The position numbers and the translations under genes were made by a program. This document shows, one piece after another, positions 28,904 to 39,025 of a stretch of DNA of 64,000 nt; the stretch's first letter is position 1; every line of letters starts with the position of its first letter. Location: contig JBBIJY010000001.1 of assembly GCA_037445735.1 (NCBI GenBank), forward strand, positions 1 through 64,000. The letters are read 5' to 3'. The stretch comes from Armatimonadota bacterium. GTDB lineage: Bacteria; Armatimonadota; Fimbriimonadia; Fimbriimonadales; GBS-DC. The notes under the pieces were generated by a model that had not been told where the DNA came from, searched no databases, and saw nothing but the letters and a program-made list of their open reading frames with translations.

Positions 28904-29959
28904 CTATTCTGTGCTGTTGCCGAGTTCCAGCGAAGGCTGCCAGCCCATGCGGGGTGGCTCCAGCTGGAGGTGCGCCCAGGCTGCCGGGGTCGCCACACGC
29001 CCGCGCGGGGTGCGCTGCAGGAAGCCCAGCTGCATCAGGTAAGGTTCGTACATGTCTTCGATGGTGCCCGGGTCTTCCTGAATGGCGGCGGCGAGGGTGT
29101 CCAGCCCGACAGGACCGCCACCAAATTTTTCGATGAGGGTGCGCAGGATTTTGTGGTCGAGTTCGTCCAGCCCGCGTTCGTCCACGCCCAGTCGCTGCAG
29201 GGCTTCGCGGGTGAGCGTGAGATTAATGGTGCCATCGCTCAGCACCTGGGCGAAGTCGCGGATGCGGCGCAGGAGACGATTGGCGATTCGGGGCGTGCCG
29301 CGCGATCGGGACGCGATCTCCTGCACGGCTGCGTCTTCGATGGGCACACGCAGGATTCGCGCAGAGCGACGCACAATCTGCGCCAGTTCCTCCAGCGTGT
29401 AGAACTGGAAGTAGTGAACGATTCCAAATCGGTCGCGCAGGGGCGAGGTGAGCAGTCCTGCGCGCGTGGTGGCACCCACCACGGTGAAAGGTGGCAGGTC
29501 GAGGCGCAGGGAGCGAGCGCCTGCACCCTTGCCCAACACAATATCAATCTGGAAATCTTCCATCGCGGGATAGAGCACCTCTTCAACAGGGCGGCTGAGA
29601 CGATGAATTTCATCAATAAAGAGCACCTGACCGGGTTCCAGACTGGTGAGAATCGCCGCCAGATCGCCCGGTCGCTCAATCGCGGGTCCAGAGGTGATAT
29701 GGATGGGCACGCCCATTTCGTTGGCAATGATGGTGGCGATGGTGGTTTTACCCAGCCCGGGTGGTCCGAAAAGCAACACATGATCCAGTGGTTCACCGCG
29801 CGCCCGTGCTGCCTGAATGAAAATCGCGAGATTCTCCTTCAGCTGTTGTTGTCCGATGAACTCGCTCAGGCGGCGGGGACGAAGGGTCGCCTCGCTCTCC
29901 AGCTCGTCCTGATGGCGAGCAGGGTCTACCAGACGCGCGTGCCGATTCAGTTCAGCCAT
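28904..29959 (-). CDS. ruvB: Holliday junction branch migration helicase RuvB
   Basis: [25 protein letters not shown] and [14 protein letters not shown]. Confidence 0.97.
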   Translation of the reverse strand: MAELNRHARLVDPARHQDELESEATLRPRRLSEFIGQQQLKENLAIFIQAARARGEPLDHVLLFGPPGLGKTTIATIIANEMGVPIHITSGPAIERPGDLAAILTSLEPGQVLFIDEIHRLSRPVEEVLYPAMEDFQIDIVLGKGAGARSLRLDLPPFTVVGATTRAGLLTSPLRDRFGIVHYFQFYTLEELAQIVRRSARILRVPIEDAAVQEIASRSRGTPRIANRLLRRIRDFAQVLSDGTINLTLTREALQRLGVDERGLDELDHKILRTLIEKFGGGPVGLDTLAAAIQEDPGTIEDMYEPYLMQLGFLQRTPRGRVATPAAWAHLQLEPPRMGWQPSLELGNSTE

Positions 29960-29979
29960 TCAGGGTCAATTTTACCCGT

Positions 29980-32900
29980 TCAGCCCAGCCCGGTGGGTAG
30001 GGGGCGTTTCGGGCGCGGTTCGAAGTCGGGCAGTTTTGGCGGGTTCGCCTCTATCTGCTTCAGAATCTCCTCAATCGCCCGCTCCAGCTGGGGATCGCGC
30101 CCCGCCATGTAGTCCTGGGGCGCGTACTCCACCTCGATATCGGGGTCGGTGCCGTAGTTCTCGACACCCCAGCCCACATCGATGAACCAGAAGGCGTATT
30201 CGGGCTGGGTGGTCAGTCCCTGATCCACAAAGATCGATTTGGGCGCGATGCCGATGACGCCGCCCCAGGTGCGCTTGCCGATGAGGGTGCCAATCTTCAT
30301 GAGTTTGAAGGCGTGGCTGAACATGTCGCCATCGGAGCCTGCCCGCTCGTCGGTGAGAGCAACGATGGGTCCCATCGGCGACTCGTAGGGATAGGGGATG
30401 GGTTTGCCCCAGCGTGGCACATCGTAGCCGAGCCGCTTGCGGGCGAGTTTTTCCAGCAGCAGGGGCGAGACGAAGCCGCCGCCGTTCGCCCGCACATCCA
30501 CAATCAGCGCAGGATACACCAGCTCCGCCAGATAGCCCCGATGGAACTCGGCAAAGCCGCGCGGTCCCATATCGGGGATGTGAATGTAGCCGACCCGACC
30601 ACCCGTGCGCTCATGCACAGAGGCACGATTGCGGTTGACCCATTCGCGATAGCGCAGCCAGGTTTCGTCGCCCAGCGTTCTGGTCACCACCTGGCGCGTT
30701 TCGCCTGTGCGGGTGCGGATGGTCAGCTGCACGGGCTGGTTAGCGAGGTGGAGCAGGAGGTGTCCTGGTGTGAGGTCGCGGGTGAGGGGTCGCCCGTTGA
30801 TGGCGATCAGCCAGTCGCCCTCCTGCACCTGCACGCCTGGCTCGCGCAGGGGCGAGTCGCCGCCCTCCACCCATGGGTCGCCCGCCACGATGTGGGCGAT
30901 TCGGTACGCCTGCGCTTCTTCGTCCCACTCGAAATCGGCGCCGAGCAGCCCCACATTATATTCGGGCGGTTTGCGGTAGTCGCCACCGAACTCGTAGCAG
31001 TGCGAGGTGCCCAGCTCGCCCTGCATCTCCCACATCAGGTCAGAGAACTCGCTGCGGGTGGCGACGCGCTCCAGCAGGGGATAGTAGCGGTCATACACTT
31101 TTTGCCAGTCGACGCCCGACATATCGGCGCTCCAGAAGTAGTCGCGCTGCAGGCGCCACGCCTCGCGGTACATCTGCTTCCATTCGGCGGTGGGGATAAC
31201 AGCGCAGCGTATACGCCTGAGATCGATCCAGCCACTCTCGCGCGAGGGTTCAGCCTGCTCATGCTTTTCGTCGGGCTTCTGACCCGCCATCAGCACGCGC
31301 AGCCGCTTGCCCGACCGATATACCAGCGTGGTGCGATCGAGCGAGAGGGTGTAGTCCGACACGCGCTGGAGCAGCTCTTCCTGCTTGCCGTTGCGCAGGT
31401 CATACATGATGAGCGAGGCTTTCGCGGATGGCTCGGTGGAGAACCAGTCCTCTTCGTCCAGTGTGCCCTGTATCGGGTAGGAGATGACCAGCAGACGCCC
31501 CTTGCCCAGCCCTTTCACCATGCCGTAAATGCCCTCGGGCAGCGGAATGGTGAACACGCGCTCTTCGATGCCCTCAAAATCGATTGGCACGGGTCTGGGT
31601 GAGGGGGTCTCCTGCGCCTGCTCTTTTGGTTCGGGCGGTTCCTGCAGCGGTCGTGGCGCGGGCAGCAGCGGGTTCGGCACATCCGCCCGCAGCGTCACGC
31701 CCAGCACTCGCATCCCGCGCGGGAAACTCAGCTCAAACTGCATGTTGTCAAACACGGGGTTGTAATCCCGATAGGATACAAAATAGAGCAGCTCGCCGTC
31801 GGGGTCCCAGTCGGGCAAAATGTCGCGAAACTCTGGATGGGTGATGGCATGCAGGGTATCGGTCTGGGTGTCGTAAATCTGGATGATTGTTGCACGGTCG
31901 TTCGGCGAGATGGAGTAGGCAAGCCAGCGTCCATCGGGCGACCATGCGACGCCTGCAATCGCGAAGAAGGCAGACCACTGCGCAGTATGCTCGGTGCGGG
32001 CAATCACACGATGCTCGCCCGTCTTGAGGTCAATCAGCATCAGTTCGAAGCGGTGATTGGTGAGGGCAATACGGTCGTCAACGGGCGAGACCTCCAGCAG
32101 ATAGGCGTGCCCGATATCGATCTCTTCGAAGCGTTGCACGGTTCCGTCGGGTAAGTGGAGTTCGAGTCGCTCTTCACCGCTGGCGTCGGAGATGGTGACG
32201 AGCCGCTCACCATCGTGCAGATAGCGGGTGAGTCGGTAGCGGACGCCCTGCGGCTCGCCATGCTGGATGACCGCGCCTTCCCAGTTGCCCATCGTGAAGG
32301 GCTTGCCACGCACGGTCAGCACCAGCGAGTGCCCCTTCGGATGGAGCGCGTACTCCTGCAGGTAGTCGGCGGTCTCCACGAACTTGCGCTGTGCCTGCAC
32401 GCGCGGGCTGCGCAACTCCACCTCGATGCGCCGATTCTCGCCCGTGCGCGTATCATACAGATAGAGATCAGCGCCCGCGTGATACACAATGCGCTCACCG
32501 TCGGTGCTGGGATAGCGCACATAGTAGTCAGTGTGGTGCGTGTGGCGCTGCAGGTCGCTTCCATCCGGCAGGCAGGAGTAGAGGTTGGCGATGCCCTCGT
32601 GGTCCGAGACAAAATAGATTCGTTCGCCGATCCACATCGGGGCGGTGAGGTCGCCATCGGTGGGCTTAAAGCGTTCGAACTCGCCGGTGCCGTTGCGGTC
32701 GATCCAGAACACGCCGGCGGTGCCACCGCGATAGCGTTTCCAGCGAGCGGGATCGCCCGTGTGTCGTCCCAGCACGACTGCGCCGTTGGGTCCGAAGGCG
32801 ATATGGTTTGCCAGCCCGTACGGGTATCGCTGGGGCAGACCACCCTCCCGCGCGACGCGCCAGAGCCATATCTCCCGTGGTGGGCGCGCCGCGTTGCTGG

Positions 32901-33210
32901 TGTAGATGACTTCTTTACCGTCGGGCGTCCAGCCGACCACCATCACGCGACTGGCGCCCTGATAGGTCAATCGGCGCGGCTCGCCCCCTTCCGCCGGCAT
33001 CAGATAGACTTCGGGCTGACCCTCATCCCGCGCCACAAACGCCAGCCACTGCCCATCCGGCGAATAACAGGGGCTGATGACCTCGCTGAGGCTGGTGGTC
33101 AACCGCCGTGCAATCCCGCCTTCTACCGAAACCGTCCACAAATCATCTTCACACACAAAGGCGACCCTGTCGCCACAGATGGTCGGAAAGCGATAGTACC
33201 CTCTGTGCAT
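29980..33210 (-). CDS. Tricorn protease (S41 family)
   Basis: KRYRGG, PDZ domain, GYIHIPDM, DVR.NGGG, GSDGD and GKRTWGGVIG. Confidence 0.95.
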   Translation of the reverse strand: MHRGYYRFPTICGDRVAFVCEDDLWTVSVEGGIARRLTTSLSEVISPCYSPDGQWLAFVARDEGQPEVYLMPAEGGEPRRLTYQGASRVMVVGWTPDGKEVIYTSNAARPPREIWLWRVAREGGLPQRYPYGLANHIAFGPNGAVVLGRHTGDPARWKRYRGGTAGVFWIDRNGTGEFERFKPTDGDLTAPMWIGERIYFVSDHEGIANLYSCLPDGSDLQRHTHHTDYYVRYPSTDGERIVYHAGADLYLYDTRTGENRRIEVELRSPRVQAQRKFVETADYLQEYALHPKGHSLVLTVRGKPFTMGNWEGAVIQHGEPQGVRYRLTRYLHDGERLVTISDASGEERLELHLPDGTVQRFEEIDIGHAYLLEVSPVDDRIALTNHRFELMLIDLKTGEHRVIARTEHTAQWSAFFAIAGVAWSPDGRWLAYSISPNDRATIIQIYDTQTDTLHAITHPEFRDILPDWDPDGELLYFVSYRDYNPVFDNMQFELSFPRGMRVLGVTLRADVPNPLLPAPRPLQEPPEPKEQAQETPSPRPVPIDFEGIEERVFTIPLPEGIYGMVKGLGKGRLLVISYPIQGTLDEEDWFSTEPSAKASLIMYDLRNGKQEELLQRVSDYTLSLDRTTLVYRSGKRLRVLMAGQKPDEKHEQAEPSRESGWIDLRRIRCAVIPTAEWKQMYREAWRLQRDYFWSADMSGVDWQKVYDRYYPLLERVATRSEFSDLMWEMQGELGTSHCYEFGGDYRKPPEYNVGLLGADFEWDEEAQAYRIAHIVAGDPWVEGGDSPLREPGVQVQEGDWLIAINGRPLTRDLTPGHLLLHLANQPVQLTIRTRTGETRQVVTRTLGDETWLRYREWVNRNRASVHERTGGRVGYIHIPDMGPRGFAEFHRGYLAELVYPALIVDVRANGGGFVSPLLLEKLARKRLGYDVPRWGKPIPYPYESPMGPIVALTDERAGSDGDMFSHAFKLMKIGTLIGKRTWGGVIGIAPKSIFVDQGLTTQPEYAFWFIDVGWGVENYGTDPDIEVEYAPQDYMAGRDPQLERAIEEILKQIEANPPKLPDFEPRPKRPLPTGLG

Positions 33211-33277
33211 AGCAAGGGGGATTATACCAGAAGGTGTGCTGCTCTGTACCGGCATGGGTAGAATCTATGGTGGAACT

Positions 33278-34333
33278 ATGGGACAGGGACAGCGATTGCG
33301 TCGAAGTGCTGAGATCGAACCGCTGCCACTCTGGGATGGCAATCCAACAACGGCATCGAATGGAGCCACGCCCGGGTGTGAAATACCCTCACAGCCTTTA
33401 GGCCCGAACCAGATTTATCATGGCGACGCTCGTGCGCTATTGCCGCTCATAGCGCCAGAGAGCATAGCCCTCAGTGTCTGGTCGCCCCCCTACTTTGTCG
33501 GTAAAAGTTATGAAGCCCACCTGACCTTTGAGGACTGGAAGGATCTGATTGCCGAGGTAATAAAGCTCCACTTCCCGATTATTCGTCCTGGAGGGTTTGT
33601 TGCGATTAATATCGCGGACATTCTCTGTTTCCGCGATCCCACGATGCCACGCTTGCAGGCAGAGGCGACCGATCGGCGCCGCTGCCCCGTAACGCGCGAG
33701 GATGTGCTGGCAGCGATGGCGGAACATCCCCACCTCAATCGGTATCAATTAGCGAAGCTTTTAGGGTGCAGCGAGCAGACCATCGATCGTCGTTTGCGTG
33801 GCAATAATGTGCGAGGTGGCAAATATGCCACGCAGACGCGCGTCCAGCTGGTTGGTGGGCTTATTGAGCAGTGGTGTGCGGCATCGGGATTCTATCTGTA
33901 TGACCGCCGTATCTGGGTCAAAGACCCTGCATGGGAGAATAATCCCTGGTTCACCCTTTCGTATCGCTCCGTTGACGAGTTCGAGTACATCTACATTCTC
34001 TGGAAGCCTGGGGTAACGAAGATACGGCGTTCACGCCTGAGCCGTGATGAGTGGGTGGAGTGGGGTTCACGCGCCGTCTGGCGGTTCCCCTCCGTCCGAA
34101 AAAATGACCTGCACGAAGCTCAGTTCCCTGTTGAATTACCCCGACGCCTGATACGCCTTCTATCTGAACCTGGCGATATTATCCTTGACTGCTTCATCGG
34201 TAGTGGCACAACCGCCATCGCTGCCCTGGCAGAAGGACGACAGTTTATTGGCATCGAACTGCACAAACCGTATGTGGAGCTGGCACGCTCCCGCATCGCC
34301 TTCTATCAACGGTACCATCGCGATGTTTCTTGA
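33278..34333 (+). CDS. Site-specific DNA methyltransferase (N4/N6, beta class), SfiI-like, with HTH-like insert
   Basis: SPPY catalytic motif, HEAQFP and DCFIGSGTT SAM-binding motif; internal RYQLAKLLGCSEQTIDRR. Confidence 0.9.
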   Translation: MGQGQRLRRSAEIEPLPLWDGNPTTASNGATPGCEIPSQPLGPNQIYHGDARALLPLIAPESIALSVWSPPYFVGKSYEAHLTFEDWKDLIAEVIKLHFPIIRPGGFVAINIADILCFRDPTMPRLQAEATDRRRCPVTREDVLAAMAEHPHLNRYQLAKLLGCSEQTIDRRLRGNNVRGGKYATQTRVQLVGGLIEQWCAASGFYLYDRRIWVKDPAWENNPWFTLSYRSVDEFEYIYILWKPGVTKIRRSRLSRDEWVEWGSRAVWRFPSVRKNDLHEAQFPVELPRRLIRLLSEPGDIILDCFIGSGTTAIAALAEGRQFIGIELHKPYVELARSRIAFYQRYHRDVS

Positions 34334-35036
34334 ACCTGAAGAGCTGGCACAGGCGCCCCATATCATCGAAGACATAGAAAAGGCGACGCTGCGAATGGTC
34401 GTTCAGGGGTTGCTCCTTTATCGGGAAGCAGCTGCCGAAATCTTTCGTGCCGAGACAGACCTGCCCAGCGATATCGCCGAAGACATTACCCGCGAAGCCC
34501 TCGACGCGCTGGGGATGTCCAGAATAGGCGTGCGCCTGTTCGGTAAGGTTGACTACAAACGAGCACGCTACTGCTTCAATCCCGATTACGCCGTTCGACA
34601 GGCGCTCTTTGTGGATTCCAAAGCCGAAGATGCCGCAGCGAAGAACACAATAACAATCCAGCTGTCTCAAACCTCAATGATTGTGAAACAGTTTCGGGGT
34701 GGAAGGGAGATAAGCGAACAGGGCGAAATCCCGATGATTGTGGCAACCGAGCAAGGACGACTCCTTTCCACCACGATATTCGTGAAATATAATTACCAAT
34801 CTGTAAATAAGAAGCATTATCTAATTAGCATAACAGTGGCAGCATTACCTAACGGACTGCTTCAGCACCGCTATAATCCCTCCGCATCCGATACCATCTG
34901 GTTAGCGGGTCGAAACGCGCCTCAGCGCGGTGAAAAGTTTCGAGTTCGGCTTTCACTGACGCGCCTTAAAGCCAGGGCTTCTTGGCGCGTGCAGGAAATC
35001 CCTATGCCACCTGAAGCCTTCCAGTGGAATGATTGA
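34323..35036 (+). CDS. Type II restriction endonuclease, SfiI family
   Basis: IEKATLR..VQ, DIAEDITREAL, GKVDYK, ALFVDSKAE and GRNAP..GE.FRVRLS match my recollection of the SfiI family; overlaps the MTase stop. Confidence 0.8.
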   Translation: MFLEPEELAQAPHIIEDIEKATLRMVVQGLLLYREAAAEIFRAETDLPSDIAEDITREALDALGMSRIGVRLFGKVDYKRARYCFNPDYAVRQALFVDSKAEDAAAKNTITIQLSQTSMIVKQFRGGREISEQGEIPMIVATEQGRLLSTTIFVKYNYQSVNKKHYLISITVAALPNGLLQHRYNPSASDTIWLAGRNAPQRGEKFRVRLSLTRLKARASWRVQEIPMPPEAFQWND

Positions 35037-35164
35037 GTATCTAAGTTGTGATATGGCCTCACTCTCCTTCCGTCGCGAATAGCACTGGCGAAAATCTTTA
35101 AGGGCGGATGGTGGTCGGCATGCTATAATCGATAGCATCATCACGAACATGGGAGGTGTCCACA

Positions 35165-36364
35165 ATGCCGTGGTATATGCGCATGGGACAGGTGCCGCCG
35201 AAGCGGCATACGCAGTTCCGCCGACCTGACGGCGGACTCTACGCGGAAGAGGTGCTGGGCACGGAGGGCTTCTCCGGTATCCAGTCGATCCTCTATCACT
35301 ACTATCCGCCCACGCGCGTGAAGGAGTTCTTCCACTGCTACACGCGCACCATCGAGCCGATCGAGGAGCCGATGCTTCAGCATCGCCACTTCCGCACGAA
35401 GGAGATGCCCCCACAGGGTGACCCCATCACGGGGCGCATCGAACTGATGTTCAACGAGGATGTCATCTTCTCTGTGTGTCGCCCCATCGAGCAGATGAGC
35501 TACTTCTACAAAAACGCTGACGGGGACGACCTCATCTTCGTGCATGAGGGCACGGGCAGGCTGGAGACGCAGTTCGGGCATCTGCGCTTCCGCGAGGGCG
35601 ACTATCTGGTCATCCCGCATGGCACCATCTGGCGCATGGTGCTGGACGCGCTGCCAGCCAGGCTCATCTGGATTGAGGCGCGCGGCGGGCAGATCGAAAC
35701 GCCCAAACGCTACCGCAACGAGTACGGACAGCTGCTGGAGCATTCGCCCTACTGCGAGCGGGACATCCGCGTGCCCGAAGAGCTGGAGACGCGAACCGAA
35801 CTGGGCGACTTCGAGGTGCGCATCCATCGGCGCGGGCGCGTCTACGCCTACCACTACGAGCATCACCCCTTCGATGTGGTCGGCTGGGATGGCTATGTCT
35901 ATCCGTGGGCGTTCAACATCAACGACTTCGAGCCGATCACGGGACGCATCCATCAGCCGCCGCCCGTGCATCAAACTTTCCAGGGCCCGAACTTCGTGGT
36001 CTGCTCCTTCTGCCCGCGCATGCTGGACTACCATCCGCTGGCAATCCCTGTGCCCTACAACCACAGCAACCTCGATAGCGATGAGGTGCTGTACTATGTG
36101 AACCGCAAGTTCGGCAGTCGGCGCGGGATTGAGGAAGGCTCGATCACCCTGCACCCGTCAGGCATCCCGCACGGACCGCAGCCGGGCGCGGTGGAGGCAA
36201 GCCTGGGCGCCACACGCACCGAAGAGCTCGCCGTGATGATGGATACCTTCCGCCCGCTGCAGGTGACAAAAGCCGCGCTGGAATTCGAAGACCCGAACTA
36301 TCCCTTCTCGTGGCTGGGCGCACCAGTGCAGCCGAATGAACCAGGCAAGACCGATACATGGTGA
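35165..36364 (+). CDS. hmgA: Homogentisate 1,2-dioxygenase
   Basis: HPFDVVGWDG, HQPPPVHQTF, PYNHSNLDSDEVLYY and TLHP.GIPHGP. Confidence 0.92.
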   Translation: MPWYMRMGQVPPKRHTQFRRPDGGLYAEEVLGTEGFSGIQSILYHYYPPTRVKEFFHCYTRTIEPIEEPMLQHRHFRTKEMPPQGDPITGRIELMFNEDVIFSVCRPIEQMSYFYKNADGDDLIFVHEGTGRLETQFGHLRFREGDYLVIPHGTIWRMVLDALPARLIWIEARGGQIETPKRYRNEYGQLLEHSPYCERDIRVPEELETRTELGDFEVRIHRRGRVYAYHYEHHPFDVVGWDGYVYPWAFNINDFEPITGRIHQPPPVHQTFQGPNFVVCSFCPRMLDYHPLAIPVPYNHSNLDSDEVLYYVNRKFGSRRGIEEGSITLHPSGIPHGPQPGAVEASLGATRTEELAVMMDTFRPLQVTKAALEFEDPNYPFSWLGAPVQPNEPGKTDTW

Positions 36365-36366
36365 TG

Positions 36367-36444
36367 CCCTCACCCCCTCCCACGCTGTGGGAGAGGGGAG
36401 TTGCTGAAAGCTCTGACATGGGGCGAAGGTGTGGGTGAGAGGGC
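36367..36444. repeat. Palindromic repeat family A (degenerate pair)
   Basis: CCCTCACCCCCTCCCACGCTGTGGGAGAGGGG followed by a reverse-oriented half copy. Confidence 0.7.
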
Positions 36445-36459
36445 TTTTTCACGAATCAG

Positions 36460-37353
36460 ATGATTGAGCAGAGGCTCTCCGTGCCTGCGGGCGAGCTGAA
36501 CCTGCCACTGTGTGTGCAGAGCGGGCAGGTATTCCGCTGGCGACCGCTCGATGACAACACCTGGCTGGGTGTCGCAGGCAGCCAGCTTCTGCTTGTGCGC
36601 CCCGCCGGCACACGCTGGCACCTGCACGCCCCTGAAACCCGGAACCCCATCGCCACCTTCATCCATCTCTTTCGGCTGGAGATCGACCTCAAGCAGATTC
36701 AGGCGCGGCTCGTTCGTTGCCATCCGCTCTGGGGCGAATGGGTGGATGCACTGCCGGGCTTGCGCCTGATGCGCTGGCTGGATGCTGAAGAGTGTCTCTT
36801 CTCGTTTCTCTGTACGCCCGCCAACAACATCCCCCGCATCACCGGCATGATTGAGCGGCTCTGCCAGCGCTATGGCGAGCCAATCGCGCAGATAGACCAC
36901 CAGACCGTGCATGCGTTTCCGAAGGCGTCGGTGCTGGCGAACGCTTCGGAGGCGGAGCTGCACGCGCTGGGCTTCGGCTACCGCGCCCGCATGCTGATTG
37001 AATCGGCGCGTGCCCTGCTGGCGCGCGGTGAGGGCTGGCTCGAAAGCCTGCGCGCGTTGCCCTACGAGCAGGCGAAACGCGAACTGTGCCAGCTGCCCGG
37101 TGTCGGCGCCAAAATCGCTGACTGCGTACTGCTGTTCGGGCTGGACAACCCGCTCGCCGTGCCCGTCGACACCCACCTGTGGCAGGCGATTCGGCAGTGG
37201 CTGATACCCCACCTGCGCACCCGCACCCTGACCGAACGCGCCTACCGCGAAATCACCGACTGGTTCCACGCCACCTTCGGCGAGCTGACAGGCTGGGCAC
37301 ACCAGTACCTCTTCACCGCCCACCTGCTGGGCATGGAGACAAAGAAGGTATAA
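36460..37353 (+). CDS. 8-oxoguanine DNA glycosylase/AP lyase (OGG1-like)
   Basis: SGQVFRW, NNIPRI, LGFGYRA, LPGVGAKIADCVLLF...PVDTH and GWAHQYLF. Confidence 0.9.
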   Translation: MIEQRLSVPAGELNLPLCVQSGQVFRWRPLDDNTWLGVAGSQLLLVRPAGTRWHLHAPETRNPIATFIHLFRLEIDLKQIQARLVRCHPLWGEWVDALPGLRLMRWLDAEECLFSFLCTPANNIPRITGMIERLCQRYGEPIAQIDHQTVHAFPKASVLANASEAELHALGFGYRARMLIESARALLARGEGWLESLRALPYEQAKRELCQLPGVGAKIADCVLLFGLDNPLAVPVDTHLWQAIRQWLIPHLRTRTLTERAYREITDWFHATFGELTGWAHQYLFTAHLLGMETKKV

Positions 37354-37373
37354 TTTCCTCCGGAGAACCGACG

Positions 37374-37931
37374 ATGGCTGTGGTCAAAGCCAGAACAATC
37401 AGCACTGCCGACTTCCTCAATCTGCCCGAGGAGGTGCATCAGAGCGCCTCCGTTGAGCTGCTCTATGGCGAGGTCATCGAGATGCCCAAGCCTTCGTGGG
37501 AGCATAACTATTTAGCCTCTTCGCTGATGGCAACGATTGCGCGACACGCACGCAAGCATCGGCTGGGCAAAGCCAGTACCGATTGTCTGGTGATTTTGGA
37601 TCAGGATTCAGGGGTCGCCCTGGCGCCCGATGTGGTCTATCTCTCCACCGAGAAGCTCGCCCAGATTCAGCACGGGCGCGTGTACGGCACGCCCGATCTG
37701 GTGGTGGAGGTCATCAGCCCCTCCTCTGAAATCCACGACCGCATCCACAAGCTGCCGATTTACCATCGCTATCGGGTGCCATGGGTGTGGCTGATTGAGC
37801 TGGAGCCATTGCATCTGGAGGAGTATCAGTGGAGCGAGGCGGGCTATATACGGGTGCAGGCGGTGGCGGGCGATGAGCCGTTTACCCCGCGCCTGTTCCC
37901 CCGGCTCACCTTTAAGTTGAGCGATTTATGA
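37374..37931 (+). CDS. Uma2 family PD-(D/E)xK endonuclease
   Basis: EL..GE..EMP.P..H, PDV, PDLVVEVISPS and K...Y...VP..W. Confidence 0.88.
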   Translation: MAVVKARTISTADFLNLPEEVHQSASVELLYGEVIEMPKPSWEHNYLASSLMATIARHARKHRLGKASTDCLVILDQDSGVALAPDVVYLSTEKLAQIQHGRVYGTPDLVVEVISPSSEIHDRIHKLPIYHRYRVPWVWLIELEPLHLEEYQWSEAGYIRVQAVAGDEPFTPRLFPRLTFKLSDL

Positions 37932-38908
37932 GCATGGCAACCGATGGCGTTCTGGGCTTCCATCATGCGACCGCAATCGCGGGCGAGGCGCAACCGAATG
38001 TGAACTTCTATGCGGGCGTGCTGGGACTGCGACTGGTCAAACGCTCCGTCAATCAGGATGCGCCCGAAGTCTATCACCTGTTCTACGCCGATGCACAGGG
38101 CACACCAGGCACTGACCTCACCTTCTTTCCCTGGCGAATCGTCGCACCCTTTCAGGCGGGCACGGGCACGATCCTGGAGCAGGGGCTGCTCGTGCCTGCT
38201 GACAGTCTGCCCTACTGGGCGCAACGCCTGCAGAAAGCAGGTGCGCACACAGAGCCAGTCACGGAATGGTTCGGCGAACCCGTGCTGCGCTTTCGCGACC
38301 CCGATGGACTGGCACTTGCCCTGATAGGCAGCGCTCACGAGCGACCGTTCAGCGTGTGGGAGCGCAGCCCCGTGCCCGCTGAGCATCAGATACGGGGGCT
38401 TTATACCGCCCGAATCGGTGTGGCGACGCATGGAGCAACCGAGCGCGTGCTGACCGAACTGCTGGGCTTCCGTAAAGTGGCTATGGAGGGCGACACGCAT
38501 CGTTTCGAGATCGGTGCAGCAGGCGAGGCAGGCTTCGGCTACCTCGAAGTGCAGGTACGCCCCGACCTGCCACGCGGACGCTGGGGACGCGGCGGCATGC
38601 ACCATCTCGCATGGCGCACGCGCGACGAGAGCCACCTGACAGCCCTGCGCGAGCAACTCCAGCAAATCGGACTGAAACCCACCCCGATTATCGACCGATT
38701 CTGGTTCCGTTCAGTCTACTTTGTGGAGCCAGGTGGCGTGCTGTTCGAGCTGGCGACCGACGGACCCGGCTTCGTCGTGGATGAAGAGAAGGCGCATCTG
38801 GGCGAGCAGCTGGTTCTACCGCCCTGGCTGGAACCACAACGCGAGCTGATTGAGGCAAAACTCCCGCCCATCGCCTATCCGCCCCCGCTGAACCCCTCTT
38901 CTCTTTAG
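37928..38908 (+). CDS. Ring-cleaving dioxygenase (VOC/MhqA-like)
   Basis: GFHHATAI, GLRLVKRSVNQD, HHLAWR and DRFWFRSVYF.EPGGVLFELATDGPGF. Confidence 0.9.
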   Translation: MSMATDGVLGFHHATAIAGEAQPNVNFYAGVLGLRLVKRSVNQDAPEVYHLFYADAQGTPGTDLTFFPWRIVAPFQAGTGTILEQGLLVPADSLPYWAQRLQKAGAHTEPVTEWFGEPVLRFRDPDGLALALIGSAHERPFSVWERSPVPAEHQIRGLYTARIGVATHGATERVLTELLGFRKVAMEGDTHRFEIGAAGEAGFGYLEVQVRPDLPRGRWGRGGMHHLAWRTRDESHLTALREQLQQIGLKPTPIIDRFWFRSVYFVEPGGVLFELATDGPGFVVDEEKAHLGEQLVLPPWLEPQRELIEAKLPPIAYPPPLNPSSL

Positions 38909-38961
38909 AAACGCAGAGAAGCACCCCACACCAATAGCCAGGGCGCCCCACCGGGGGCAGT

Positions 38962-39003
38962 CCCCTCTCCCCGCACGCAGAGGAGAGGGGCTGAGAGTGA
39001 GGG
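38962..39003. repeat. Palindromic repeat family A, left flank of the capsid module
   Basis: CCCCTCTCCCC...AGGAGAGGGG...GTGAGGG. Confidence 0.7.
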
Positions 39004-39025
39004 ATTTTTCACCGGTGGGAGGCGC

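Noticed and set aside
37374-37931. Uma2 nuclease as part of the R-M system or mobiliser of the repeats
   Set aside because: Uma2 genes are commonly scattered, and this one is not flanked by the repeats or linked to the MTase.
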